DNA of 32,000 nucleotides, taken from assembly GCA_965219535.1 (NCBI GenBank), contig CBDCNV010000002.1, forward strand, positions 1,680,001 through 1,712,000, read 5' to 3'. The position numbers were made by a program, and so were the translations under genes. The notes below the pieces were generated by a model. It searched no databases. It saw nothing but the letters and a program-made list of their open reading frames with translations, and was not told where the DNA came from. The stretch comes from Opitutales bacterium. GTDB lineage: Bacteria > Verrucomicrobiota > Verrucomicrobiia > Opitutales > PNEW01. Shown here piece after piece: positions 1-8,612 of the stretch; the stretch's first letter is position 1, and every line of letters starts with the position of its first letter.

Positions 1-1
1 G

Positions 2-112
2 TCTTACATGCCATTATACATTGCCGAGGCATGCTGGAAGTATAACCACAGGGAGCGTTCTGACGGATTCAGTGCGTTTCTTAATTCAACAATGGTAACT
101 AACAATACTTAA
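2..112 (+). mobile_element. 3' end of a transposase-like ORF entering from the left edge (IS1595/ISXO2-like C-terminal motif), partial
   Basis: Frame 2 is open from the window edge to TAA at 110-112 and reads SYMPLYIAEACWKYNHRERSDGFSAFLNSTMVTNNT*. The L-Y-[IL]-x-E-x-x-[WF]-[KR]-[YF]-N-H-R pattern matches what I recall of the C-terminal region of IS1595-family DDE transposases. Only 36 codons are visible and no catalytic residues are in view. Confidence 0.3.
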
Positions 113-114
113 TA

Positions 115-306
115 ATGAAAAAAAACGATTATACTGATATTAACGATGTATACGACGAAATTGTCGATAAGGTCTCAAAGCGTGTTAATCGTGCGATGAA
201 TAAGCATCCTCAATTGCACCAGCCCATAGCGACTCAATTTCGTCGTATACATCGTCGACTGGAATATCTTGAAAATCTTCTAAAACAAGAGAAACATCCT
301 CTTTAA
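115..306 (+). CDS. hypothetical small protein (63 aa); mutually exclusive with the antisense ORF 185..433
   Basis: ATG lies 2 nt after the stop of the transposase-like frame. No SD and no recognisable family. It overlaps an equally plausible ORF on the other strand and contains arm 1 of a 20-nt inverted repeat (peptide DVYDEI). Confidence 0.25.
   Translation: MKKNDYTDINDVYDEIVDKVSKRVNRAMNKHPQLHQPIATQFRRIHRRLEYLENLLKQEKHPL
143..255. repeat. perfect 20-nt inverted repeat (ACGATGTATACGACGAAATT at 143-162, reverse complement at 236-255) with a 73-nt spacer
   Basis: Read directly from the sequence. Each arm contains the GTATAC palindrome. Confidence 0.95.
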
Positions 307-433
307 ACATTCGATATTCCTCTAAGGCTTGATCCTTTGGAGAAAACATTTTTAGCCTTACAGTTATTTCGTGCCTGAGCATAATCCGTAATGATAAAAT
401 CCGAATTAACGCTTTTCTCTCAAATTCACTCAT
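185..433 (-). CDS. hypothetical small acidic protein (82 aa); mutually exclusive with ORF 115..306
   Basis: ATG start, longer than the sense ORF, acidic C-terminus. It contains arm 2 of the inverted repeat, which also encodes DVYDEI. No recognisable family. Confidence 0.3.
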   Translation of the reverse strand: MSEFERKALIRILSLRIMLRHEITVRLKMFSPKDQALEEYRMFKEDVSLVLEDFQDIPVDDVYDEIESLWAGAIEDAYSSHD

Positions 434-890
434 TAATCCTACTTATAAATGAGTTTATATTTAATCAGTCAAGCCATTTATTACTAATTACTTAATAATA
501 ACGTTCTACCTGGGTGTAGTGTCGCTGTTTTTTTAATCAATGTCCGGACAAAAATGATTCTGGACTGATCAGGATATGAGTGAATAAGGGTGATTATTCC
601 ATGCTTCTCAGCGCGATGCACAGCGAGTTTGAACGGTCGGGAAGTCTTGATCGTAGAGAGGTTAACAGATTGATACCTTTGTTTCCATAAAACCTGTTTT
701 AGACATCATTCCAATCCTCAGTCTTAATAGCCTGAGAGTTTAATGGAAATAGCTGAATATCAGATTAATGGGGGTTTTCCCTATGTGATCTGACGGGCAA
801 ACCAGCACATATGTTGTTGGATCGGTAAATAAGGCGCTATTTTCGGTGATAGATCCATTATTTGCGAGTAAGTGTAAAAAGACTGTAAAA

Positions 891-925
891 GTGTATACCC
901 TATAAAATGTATAGGTATTATACAC
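891..925. promoter_or_regulatory. 35-nt imperfect palindrome upstream of the pseudopilin operon (possible operator or hairpin)
   Basis: GTGTATA(891-897) pairs with TATACAC(919-925), and CCTATA(899-904) pairs with TATAGG(910-915). Loop is AAATG. It lies 61-95 nt upstream of the TTG start at 986 in an AT-rich 550-nt intergenic region. Confidence 0.3.
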
Positions 926-985
926 TAGACTTACTATGATAAATGCTTATTATCTAATGGTTATTACAACCTGATTATTAAGCGT

Positions 986-1426
986 TTGAATATAAAACAG
1001 TCATTTCAGTTTCAGAAAAGGGGGGCCAATGCTTTTTCCCTTGTTGAAGTCATTATGAGTTCGGCCATTTTCGGTTTGATCTTTGCATCGGTTGCAACCG
1101 CGCTGACGCAGGGATATACGATCATTGAAAATGCGCGTGACAACGCGCATATCAATCAGATTTTGCAATGCGACGTAGAAAATATTCGCTCGATGAACTG
1201 GGAAGAGTTGAACGCTATGCCGGATTGGGAGCACATCCAACAACAGGCAGGATTTTCGACTTCAATCAGCGATCGTTATGTATGCGAGAGGTTCATTAAT
1301 GAACGCAGAGTTGGGCAAAAAGAAATCATCTTAACGATTACTTGGATGGATAGAAGACAGACAAGTCACTTTCGTAAATTCGTCACTTACTACACCAAAG
1401 AGGGAATGTATGATTACCAATACTGA
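986..1426 (+). CDS. prepilin-type N-terminal cleavage/methylation domain protein (minor pseudopilin-like)
   Basis: TTG start; there is no ATG upstream of the motif. N-terminus KRGANAFSLVEVIMSSAIFGLIF has a G..F-S-L-V-E motif followed by a hydrophobic helix. Overlaps the next gene by 17 nt. Confidence 0.75.
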   Translation: MNIKQSFQFQKRGANAFSLVEVIMSSAIFGLIFASVATALTQGYTIIENARDNAHINQILQCDVENIRSMNWEELNAMPDWEHIQQQAGFSTSISDRYVCERFINERRVGQKEIILTITWMDRRQTSHFRKFVTYYTKEGMYDYQY

Positions 1427-1949
1427 ATACTTTCAAGAGCGTAAGCGACAGCGATCCCTGGCTTTTACCCTCGTTGAGCTCATGGTCGCGTTATCTATTT
1501 TTATAATCCTCACAGCGATTCTCACTACGAGCTTTATCCTATTTTTAAAAAGCACCGTGATCATGAGAAATTACGCAGACATGACGGTACAAAGCCAACA
1601 ATTTTTAGAAAATATCGGCTATGAAATGCGGATCGCGGAGGGAGTGCGAACCGCATCCAATAATCAATTGAGCATTGATATACCGACCGCAAGCGGGCTC
1701 GAGACAGTTGAATATACATACAACCCGAATGATCAGCGTGTTACCCGCGAGCAAGATACGGTCCTGCGACCAGTGCTTAGCAACGTAATGGAATTCAATT
1801 TTAGATATTTCAACTTTGATGGAGAATTGACCACTTCGCAACCGGAGATAAAGGAGGTTCAAATAGAAGCCAGTATGGTGAAAAAAGTTCTATTTTTAGA
1901 AAACACTAATCACTTAATTTCATCGCGAAATATGATGCGCAATTTGTAA
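1410..1949 (+). CDS. prepilin-type N-terminal cleavage/methylation domain protein (GspJ/PulJ-like minor pseudopilin)
   Basis: N-terminus QRSLAFTLVELMVALSIFIILTAIL is a canonical pseudopilin signal. The gene is tightly packed in the operon. Confidence 0.8.
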   Translation: MITNTEYFQERKRQRSLAFTLVELMVALSIFIILTAILTTSFILFLKSTVIMRNYADMTVQSQQFLENIGYEMRIAEGVRTASNNQLSIDIPTASGLETVEYTYNPNDQRVTREQDTVLRPVLSNVMEFNFRYFNFDGELTTSQPEIKEVQIEASMVKKVLFLENTNHLISSRNMMRNL

Positions 1950-3281
1950 ATGCATAAAAAAAATCATAGTTTAATAGAGCAATTGAACCAAGATCGCGGC
2001 TCCGCTCTCTTGATGACGCTAATTATAACGCTGGTGGCATCGGCGATGATTGGCGGTTATTTAAATGTTACAATAAATGGATTAATCATTTCGGATCGGT
2101 CGATATTAAATAATACTACATTAAATCTCGGTGAAGCGGGTGTGGAAGAAGCTGCCTGGTCTATAAATAATAAAGATTGGTCGGATTGGAATGGAACTGG
2201 GAATAAAAAAATCCGTTCCATTTCGGGTTTGGATCTGGGAGCAAACAAGTCCGGAGACATATGCATAATGGTTGAGAATTTTGGGGATGATCCGACTATT
2301 ATTGCCGGAGGTCATTCGCAGTCAGTCTATGGAGACGAATATGAAAAACAGATTGAAGTGAAACTTACTCGGCGTTCTCTTTTTGGTAATGGTCTCATCG
2401 CCCGGAATACTATTTCGTTTGTCGGTGCTAATGTCACAATAGATAGTTTCAATTCCGATGACGGAGACTATGATCCGTTTTTTAATCGAGGCGCTAATGT
2501 GACGGTAGGAAGTCTCTCCACCGCGGCAAATGCAGTTAATATTCAGAATGCTAATGTTTTTGGCTATGTCAAAACAGGGGGGGGCGAAGTTTCGGTTGGC
2601 CCTCAAGGGTATGTCTCTGATCTGATTGATCCTCCCGTTCATGATCCGACAAGAATTAGCCGAGGATTAAGAACGGTTTTGCCTGAGATAACGGCGCCGA
2701 CATTAAGTTTTCCTGACACCAGTCTGCCTGAAGGTAATATCAAAGTAATCGGAACACCGGGAAGTCTGTTTCCACAGGAGTATCACTTAAACGACATAAA
2801 TATCGGATCAAGGCAATATCTGATTATAAACGGACCGGTTGTTATCGTCGTGGATGATGACGTCGATGTGAAAGGTCAGATTATTGTAAGCAATTACGGG
2901 AATGCCACTTTTTATGTTGGGGACGATTTTACGGTTGGGGGACGCCGAGGGGCGATAAATAACAATAGTGTTGCTTCATCATTTACCCTTTATGGCACCA
3001 ATGAAACACCCGGGGAACAGAATATAACCTTGGGTGGAAGTGCAGATCTTAGAGCAGCCGTTTTCGCTCCGAATGCGAATTTGAAATTAAATGGCGGTGG
3101 TGGGTCAGGAGCATTCTTTGGTGCTGCCTTAGTTTACGATATCAAATTTACCGGGACCTATGTATTTCATTTTGATGAAGCGCTTAACAATTTTTATGGA
3201 GCCAATCCTAAATACAAGATGGAGAGTTGGACTGAATTAATGGGAGAAAATAAAATCGATTGTTCCGCGCATCATAATTAA
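1950..3281 (+). CDS. large pilus/pseudopilus-associated protein with a PilX/GspK-like N-terminal segment
   Basis: ATG follows directly after the TAA of the previous gene. N-terminus DRGSALLMTLIITLVASAMIGGYL resembles PilX/GspK-type minor pilin N-termini. The C-terminal half is Gly/Asn/Val-rich with short repetitive beta-strand-like segments (NANLKLNGGGGSGAFFGAALVYD). Confidence 0.65.
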   Translation: MHKKNHSLIEQLNQDRGSALLMTLIITLVASAMIGGYLNVTINGLIISDRSILNNTTLNLGEAGVEEAAWSINNKDWSDWNGTGNKKIRSISGLDLGANKSGDICIMVENFGDDPTIIAGGHSQSVYGDEYEKQIEVKLTRRSLFGNGLIARNTISFVGANVTIDSFNSDDGDYDPFFNRGANVTVGSLSTAANAVNIQNANVFGYVKTGGGEVSVGPQGYVSDLIDPPVHDPTRISRGLRTVLPEITAPTLSFPDTSLPEGNIKVIGTPGSLFPQEYHLNDINIGSRQYLIINGPVVIVVDDDVDVKGQIIVSNYGNATFYVGDDFTVGGRRGAINNNSVASSFTLYGTNETPGEQNITLGGSADLRAAVFAPNANLKLNGGGGSGAFFGAALVYDIKFTGTYVFHFDEALNNFYGANPKYKMESWTELMGENKIDCSAHHN

Positions 3282-3329
3282 CAGGAAAAATTTTTATTTT
3301 TAGATAATAAGAGAACCAATACTTTACTG

Positions 3330-3836
3330 ATGAAATCATTTCTCACACCATTTAAGCGTATACTTGACGGCGATAGGCCGTCTGCGTTGTGCTGTGAGAA
3401 TCGCTATTCCGCCAAGAGGGGTTTCACCCTCTTAGAGATCATGGTTGTCGTCGGGATAATTGCAATGATCGCTGCGATTGCCATACCGGTATACAGAAAA
3501 GTAACCCTCGAGACCCAGAACATTAAAATGATCAACGATGTAATAGATTACTCAGATGCCTTTAACAGTTATAATTTTCTTAACGGAACTTGGCCGCCGA
3601 CAGCGGGAATGAACCAGATACCCAATGGCATGATAGGGTTTTTATCAAACGCTTATACCCAGGGAGGGGTATTTGGGGGCGAATTTCACTGGATTGGAAC
3701 GGGTACACTACAAATAAAGAAGTCAGATGCGACGACAGAGACAATGACTGAGCTCGATGAAAAAATTGATGATGGCGACCTGTCGACAGGCCAGTTCACT
3801 AAACAGGGGTCCCAAATGTATGTCCTGCAATTTTAA
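3330..3836 (+). CDS. GspG/type IV pilin-like major pseudopilin (prepilin-type N-terminal methylation domain)
   Basis: KRGFTLLEIMVVVGIIAMIAAIAIPVY gives G|FTLLE with Glu at +5 and a hydrophobic helix. The ~31-aa leader is unusually long, so the true start is uncertain. Confidence 0.85.
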   Translation: MKSFLTPFKRILDGDRPSALCCENRYSAKRGFTLLEIMVVVGIIAMIAAIAIPVYRKVTLETQNIKMINDVIDYSDAFNSYNFLNGTWPPTAGMNQIPNGMIGFLSNAYTQGGVFGGEFHWIGTGTLQIKKSDATTETMTELDEKIDDGDLSTGQFTKQGSQMYVLQF

Positions 3837-3897
3837 TTGTAAATTAATACCCCTTTTGATAAAGTGAGCACACTTCCAATTATAATAGCTATAATAG

Positions 3898-4377
3898 ATG
3901 TTAGAAAAACTTCGAAATAATAAATATTTTTTATCAGCCGTGATACTATTAATTATCGGCGGCAATGTGATATATCATGTTTTCTATTACGATAATTATG
4001 AATTTGCTGAAAATGTGGAGTCCGTCGAATGGTTGCCCCAATCGGCGAATAATATATCATTTTATATGTACCGCGATTCGAATATTTATGAATTTTCGAT
4101 GGAAGAAAAAGATTTTTTGGCTTGGGTAAAAGATCAAGGGTTAAAGGTTAAAAAAATTGAAAGCGGCGCGGTAGCGATGGCCAGGTATAGTTTCTATGCT
4201 GATTTAGCGGACCAGGAAATGGAAAATATGAGCGAAGAAGAACAATACGAAAAGTGGAAAGCGCGAACCCAGGTCAGCATCAATAACGGTTACATCTTTG
4301 AAGGAAAATCCGAAGATAAGATTAATTTAGGGAGTTACGATATAGAGGGGAAAAAGGTTTATTATAAATCACTCTAG
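3898..4377 (+). CDS. hypothetical membrane-anchored protein
   Basis: ATG start and one N-terminal TM segment (FLSAVILLIIGGNVIYHVFYY). No family recognised. Confidence 0.5.
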   Translation: MLEKLRNNKYFLSAVILLIIGGNVIYHVFYYDNYEFAENVESVEWLPQSANNISFYMYRDSNIYEFSMEEKDFLAWVKDQGLKVKKIESGAVAMARYSFYADLADQEMENMSEEEQYEKWKARTQVSINNGYIFEGKSEDKINLGSYDIEGKKVYYKSL

Positions 4378-4544
4378 GACAGGATTTATAAGTATAAATG
4401 TCGGATCGACTCCCTCAGGATACTGAAGGGCTATATTAATTGTAGTAGAGTGGGTATGATGCACCCATTTTACACTTTTGAGTGATACACAGTCACGTCC
4501 CGCGAACCGCGTTGAGAACGTACTTAATTTAATTATTTTCCGTT

Positions 4545-4997
4545 TTAACGTGAGGCTATATTGCTTTCAATATATCTTAAATAATTCTCGACTCCCCCCG
4601 CTTTGTAACCGACATGCCTGGTTATTTCTTTCCCCTCTGGATTTAAAATGATGATCGTTGGAAACGCTCGCACCGCGTATTTTCTTAATAACTGGTCGTT
4701 TTGCTCTTTTATGGACTTATCCAGTTTTTTTTTGCGAGGAAAATCTAATTTGATAAGGACAAGTTTATCTCCAGTATAATCTTTAAAGGTTTGTTTATCA
4801 AAAATATCTTTTTTCATTTTGATACACGGTGGGCACCAGTCTGAACCCGTGAAATCTATGAGAACATGTTTTCCTTCACTGCCAGCTATGGTGATTGCTT
4901 TATCATAGTTGGTTTCCCAATTACCCGATACGTTTACAACCCCAAAGAGCAGGGTGACAATGGTGATGTGTATGCTTTTATTCAGTAGGGTCATCAT
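4545..4997 (-). CDS. secreted thioredoxin-fold protein (CxxC thiol:disulfide oxidoreductase-like)
   Basis: Contains the motif FTGSDWCPPC and a signal-like N-terminus. The ORF track begins at TTG 5018; the ATG-ATG at 4997 is the more likely start. Confidence 0.8.
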   Translation of the reverse strand: MMTLLNKSIHITIVTLLFGVVNVSGNWETNYDKAITIAGSEGKHVLIDFTGSDWCPPCIKMKKDIFDKQTFKDYTGDKLVLIKLDFPRKKKLDKSIKEQNDQLLRKYAVRAFPTIIILNPEGKEITRHVGYKAGGVENYLRYIESNIASR

Positions 4998-5160
4998 TAT
5001 GTATTTTAAATAGAACAAATAATGTTATTTTTTGAGAAAGTCATATAATAAATAAGAATAAAGTCCTCAAGAAGTTATTCCCTACTCGGCGGTTAAGATT
5101 GATATTCTTAAATGAAAAATGAATTAGAAGTGAGATGACATACTCAAACTATCGGGTGCT

Positions 5161-6618
5161 TCACTTTTTCATTATTGAACCCAATCCTATAATTATAAGG
5201 TTTACAATTAAGCCCCAGAGCCCCGCATGAATACCGAAAGGCCTGACAGGAATTTCAGATCCTAGTTTTATAGCTATGACATAAAGCAATGTAATTGCTG
5301 TACCTACGATTAGTCCGGCGAAAACTGGACCCGCGCAGACTCTTTTTGTATGTATACCTAAAAAGATTGCGGGGGCAATCTGGATGAGTAATTCCAATTT
5401 TATCTCTATAAGTCGCCAAATAGTGTCTTGAGTAATGAGAGCGAGAACAGTCATTGCCGCCATTAGAAGCCAGGAAATTAATTTTCCAAAAAAAGTAAGC
5501 TCAGCTTGCGAAGAATGCGGGCGCAGTGGCGCGTAAATGTCCTTGGTAATGGATGAAGAAATGGAAAGAAGGCTCGAGTCCACAGTTGACATGATGGCGG
5601 CAAATACCGCGGCAACGAAAACAATTAATAGAACCTGCAGTTGCGGCACTTCTGTAATGATGAAATTCAGCATTTGAACGGTGATTGTGTCGCTCGCTTC
5701 CTTACCCAGATCGGGAATTTTCGCGGCGCCTACCCAGCCAACGGTGAGCATGAAAAGGGTAGTGACGATCGGTAAAAACACCATCACTTGAAGTGAGCGT
5801 TTTAACACCGATTTACTTTTAGCCGCATAAATTCTCTGTATCGCTTGAGGATAGAGGGAGATCCCAAAACCAACAATGAGTATTGAGCTCAGCCAGCTCA
5901 TTTTCTGGTCGAATGTGGGGGGATTCCAGAACTCAGGACGCACTTCGCGCAAATTCACCGATAGGACATGCAATCCGTCCAATTGGAAGATGATGACGCC
6001 AAAAATGAGGAGACACCCGACGAAAAGAACTAGACCCTGCAGGACGTCTGTCCAAGCCACACTGCGCATTCCTCCGAGTGTCTCATATAATACGACGATA
6101 AATGCAAAAGTGATCACACCCTGAGCCATGCTGATATTGGCTGAACCGCTTTCAACGAATAATCCAATGGCTTTTAGATTACTTAAAATAAAATTACATA
6201 GGGCAACAATACCAATGAGACTAACTAAAATACTTAGTGGACGGAATTTATAACGGTCCTGGATGAAGTCTGAGGTGGTCAGATAGCGTTTTTGCCGCGA
6301 AAGGCAAAAGAGTCGGGGGGCATAGAGGAGATAGCCCGCGATTACGGCCATCATGAAGGTAACGGATAATAAAAACCAGAATCCATTGCGATAGGCTGAT
6401 CCTGAGAATCCAAAAAGCGTATTTCCACTGTACTGTGTTGCGTAGAGAGTCAACAGGAGGACGATGATGCCTAGATTTCTCCCCCCCAAATAAAAATCAT
6501 CCAAACTATTCTCCTTGCGGGCAAAGCGACCTGCGAGGCCAATAATGATCAATAATACTAAGTAGATAATGACGACCGCAAGCCCAGTGGAATCGAGAAT
6601 GAATATACCCGTATCCAT
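5161..6618 (-). CDS. sodium:solute symporter (SSS/SSF) family transporter
   Basis: 485 aa with about 13 hydrophobic segments. Typical SSS N-terminus (FYLGGRNLG) and a GGMRSVAWTDVLQG segment. Confidence 0.85.
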   Translation of the reverse strand: MDTGIFILDSTGLAVVIIYLVLLIIIGLAGRFARKENSLDDFYLGGRNLGIIVLLLTLYATQYSGNTLFGFSGSAYRNGFWFLLSVTFMMAVIAGYLLYAPRLFCLSRQKRYLTTSDFIQDRYKFRPLSILVSLIGIVALCNFILSNLKAIGLFVESGSANISMAQGVITFAFIVVLYETLGGMRSVAWTDVLQGLVLFVGCLLIFGVIIFQLDGLHVLSVNLREVRPEFWNPPTFDQKMSWLSSILIVGFGISLYPQAIQRIYAAKSKSVLKRSLQVMVFLPIVTTLFMLTVGWVGAAKIPDLGKEASDTITVQMLNFIITEVPQLQVLLIVFVAAVFAAIMSTVDSSLLSISSSITKDIYAPLRPHSSQAELTFFGKLISWLLMAAMTVLALITQDTIWRLIEIKLELLIQIAPAIFLGIHTKRVCAGPVFAGLIVGTAITLLYVIAIKLGSEIPVRPFGIHAGLWGLIVNLIIIGLGSIMKK

Positions 6619-6851
6619 CAGTCTTTTTTATCTGGATTAGAATCCATCGTATTCTCACCTGCAAGCTGATCCCAAAAACGACCGATCGCATAACTGATAA
6701 ATAAACTGAAAACAACAGTCATAAAAAAAGAATAGATGAACCAGTTGGGGAGCCCTTCATCTACCGGGCTGGCTTCAGCGGTATAAAACCAGGGTACCGT
6801 AATAACGATCAGGATGAGAATCGAAATAAAGAGTTTAAGGAGGAGCGTCAT
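6618..6851 (-). CDS. small two-TM membrane protein coupled to the symporter (DUF3311-like small subunit, from recollection)
   Basis: 77 aa with two TM helices. Its stop overlaps the symporter start (ATGA overlap at 6618), indicating translational coupling. Confidence 0.6.
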   Translation of the reverse strand: MTLLLKLFISILILIVITVPWFYTAEASPVDEGLPNWFIYSFFMTVVFSLFISYAIGRFWDQLAGENTMDSNPDKKD

Positions 6852-6925
6852 AAAGGGTGGCAGATAATGAGAGGGGAGCTATTGCCGTTAAATTTTATAG
6901 CAGGTGTTAGATGACACACTTAAAA

Positions 6926-7921
6926 TCAAATATCTCGAGCGCAGCGAAAGCCGCAGTTATCAGTAGAACTATCCGGGGTATTAGAAGTTCGCGCAGCAAC
7001 GCGATAACGATTGCAATAACTCATATGGCATAAAAATGATCCGCCTTTCATTATTTTCCTCTCTCCGTTTTCCGGACCAAGAGGATATTCTCGTGAAGCC
7101 GTGAGATGCCAGGTAGGGCTGAACCAGTCATGGCACCATTCCCAAACATTTCCTGAAGTGTTATGAATTCCGTATCCGTTTGGCTTAAATGATCGAGCAG
7201 GGGCTGTTCCAATAAAACCATCTTCACCAGTATCCTGATTTGGAAAATTACCTTGCCAGATATTACAACGATGTTTGCCTCTGGGGGTCAGTTCGTCACC
7301 CCAGGGGAAACGATTTTGCTCTAACCCACCGCGTGCTGCGTACTCCCATTCAGCTTCAGTGGGTAATCTTTTACCAGCCCAACGGGCGTATGCAATCGCG
7401 TCATTCCATGATATGTGAACTACAGGGTGGTCCATTCGTCTTTTAATATTAGAACCTGTCCCTTCCGGTTTTTTCCAGTAAGCTCCTTCAATAGCATACC
7501 ACCATTGCAGGCCCATTACCGTATGGGTCGTTTTCAGTTTTCGTTTTTTTGATTTTGGAAGCAGAGAGTGAAAAACATAGGACCAGGTAAATTGCTCCGC
7601 CTCGGTTCTATAATGAGTGGCCTCAATAAAAGCTGCAAACTGTTCGTTGGTAACTGAAGTAGCATCCAGATAAAAAGGTTTGACTGTGACTTGACGCACA
7701 GGTCCCTCTCCGTCTTCAACCCACTTATCTTTGTCTTCGGTACCCATGAGAAAACGAGCACTCTCAAAACGGACCATGCCTTCTATAGATCCGGTATTTG
7801 CAAATATTAATGGATTGCTCTTATCGCCATGGCATTGAGGATTGCCCGATCGGTTACCCGTGCCGCAAGCCCTATCTTCGGTAGACGGTGCACAGCAATT
7901 ATTAGGATTTTCCGATCGCAT
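6926..7921 (-). CDS. formylglycine-generating enzyme (aerobic FGE / SUMF1 family)
   Basis: GGSFLCHMSYCNRYRVAARTSNTPDSSTDNCGFRCARD closely matches the SUMF1 C-terminal signature, including the catalytic Cys pair. The ORF track starts at 7972; I prefer the internal ATG at 7921 (MRSENPNNCCAPS), which reduces overlap with the upstream gene to 20 nt. Confidence 0.9.
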   Translation of the reverse strand: MRSENPNNCCAPSTEDRACGTGNRSGNPQCHGDKSNPLIFANTGSIEGMVRFESARFLMGTEDKDKWVEDGEGPVRQVTVKPFYLDATSVTNEQFAAFIEATHYRTEAEQFTWSYVFHSLLPKSKKRKLKTTHTVMGLQWWYAIEGAYWKKPEGTGSNIKRRMDHPVVHISWNDAIAYARWAGKRLPTEAEWEYAARGGLEQNRFPWGDELTPRGKHRCNIWQGNFPNQDTGEDGFIGTAPARSFKPNGYGIHNTSGNVWEWCHDWFSPTWHLTASREYPLGPENGERKIMKGGSFLCHMSYCNRYRVAARTSNTPDSSTDNCGFRCARDI

Positions 7922-8492
7922 GATTAAAGGAGTAGTCAAAGAGTAATTTCCACTCACACATCTGTATCTCACGGCAGAGCTGTTCTTTCTCCGATCCGCT
8001 GCCTAACGCAGATTCACATAGATCGATAAATGCAAAAGGATCCCATACAACCTGTTTTTGGAGAAAATCAGTAGCTGCATCCGATCTATGTGCTTTAGCA
8101 AGTTCCTTCGCACTGGGACAGAGGTCAATCCATATGGGGTGTTTTTTGAACCGCCGGAACCAGTATTTAGAATTGCTGAAATCTGGCTCTCGTCGATGCA
8201 TCAGTCCATGCCAGTAACTACCGGTCGGGTTTTCAATTTCCTGGCTGATCTTGTGCGAAGCATCAAGTCGGTTATGCAGTAGGAGTATACCGGCGACACA
8301 ACTTTTCGCCATTGCCTGGTCTTTGATATCGAATTCCTCAAATGCAAGTATTTCTGTAAGACCGTCAAATAAGCTCTCAACAGAGCTGTCGGGTTCACCT
8401 GGATCGAGGGGCGGTAAGTTATTACACGCGACCAGTGGGGTCAGGACGGGACCATATGCTGCTGATTTTTGTTCTGACATTTTCTTTCTCAA
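7902..8492 (-). CDS. conserved hypothetical protein, translationally coupled to FGE
   Basis: 196 aa with the motif GSYWHGLMHRREPDFSNSKYWFRR, which I recognise only as recurring in uncharacterised proteins. Its 3' end overlaps the FGE start. Confidence 0.55.
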   Translation of the reverse strand: MRKKMSEQKSAAYGPVLTPLVACNNLPPLDPGEPDSSVESLFDGLTEILAFEEFDIKDQAMAKSCVAGILLLHNRLDASHKISQEIENPTGSYWHGLMHRREPDFSNSKYWFRRFKKHPIWIDLCPSAKELAKAHRSDAATDFLQKQVVWDPFAFIDLCESALGSGSEKEQLCREIQMCEWKLLFDYSFNHAIGKS

Positions 8493-8612
8493 TGATGAGA
8501 TGAAAATGCATATCTATCAAGGCCCTGTTCGTCTGTCTAGCATTTAGCAGAAGCAAAAGCATATAATAGTAAACTTCTAAGAAATCTTTAGAGTAGCATT
8601 TGTATGCTCCGG

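Noticed and set aside
601-690. 29-codon ORF MLLSAMHSEFERSGSLDRREVNRLIPLFP sharing SEFER with the start of the 82-aa ORF
   Set aside because: A five-residue coincidence with no supporting start context or conservation evidence.
740-925. 61-aa minus-strand ORF in the intergenic region
   Set aside because: It sits in an AT-rich region and has a low-complexity hydrophobic/aromatic composition. There is no start context, and it overlaps the palindrome.
4451-4471. TGGGT-ATGATGC-ACCCA-TTTT hairpin between the convergent genes at 4377 and 4545
   Set aside because: The stem is only 5 bp, which is too weak to call a terminator with any confidence.
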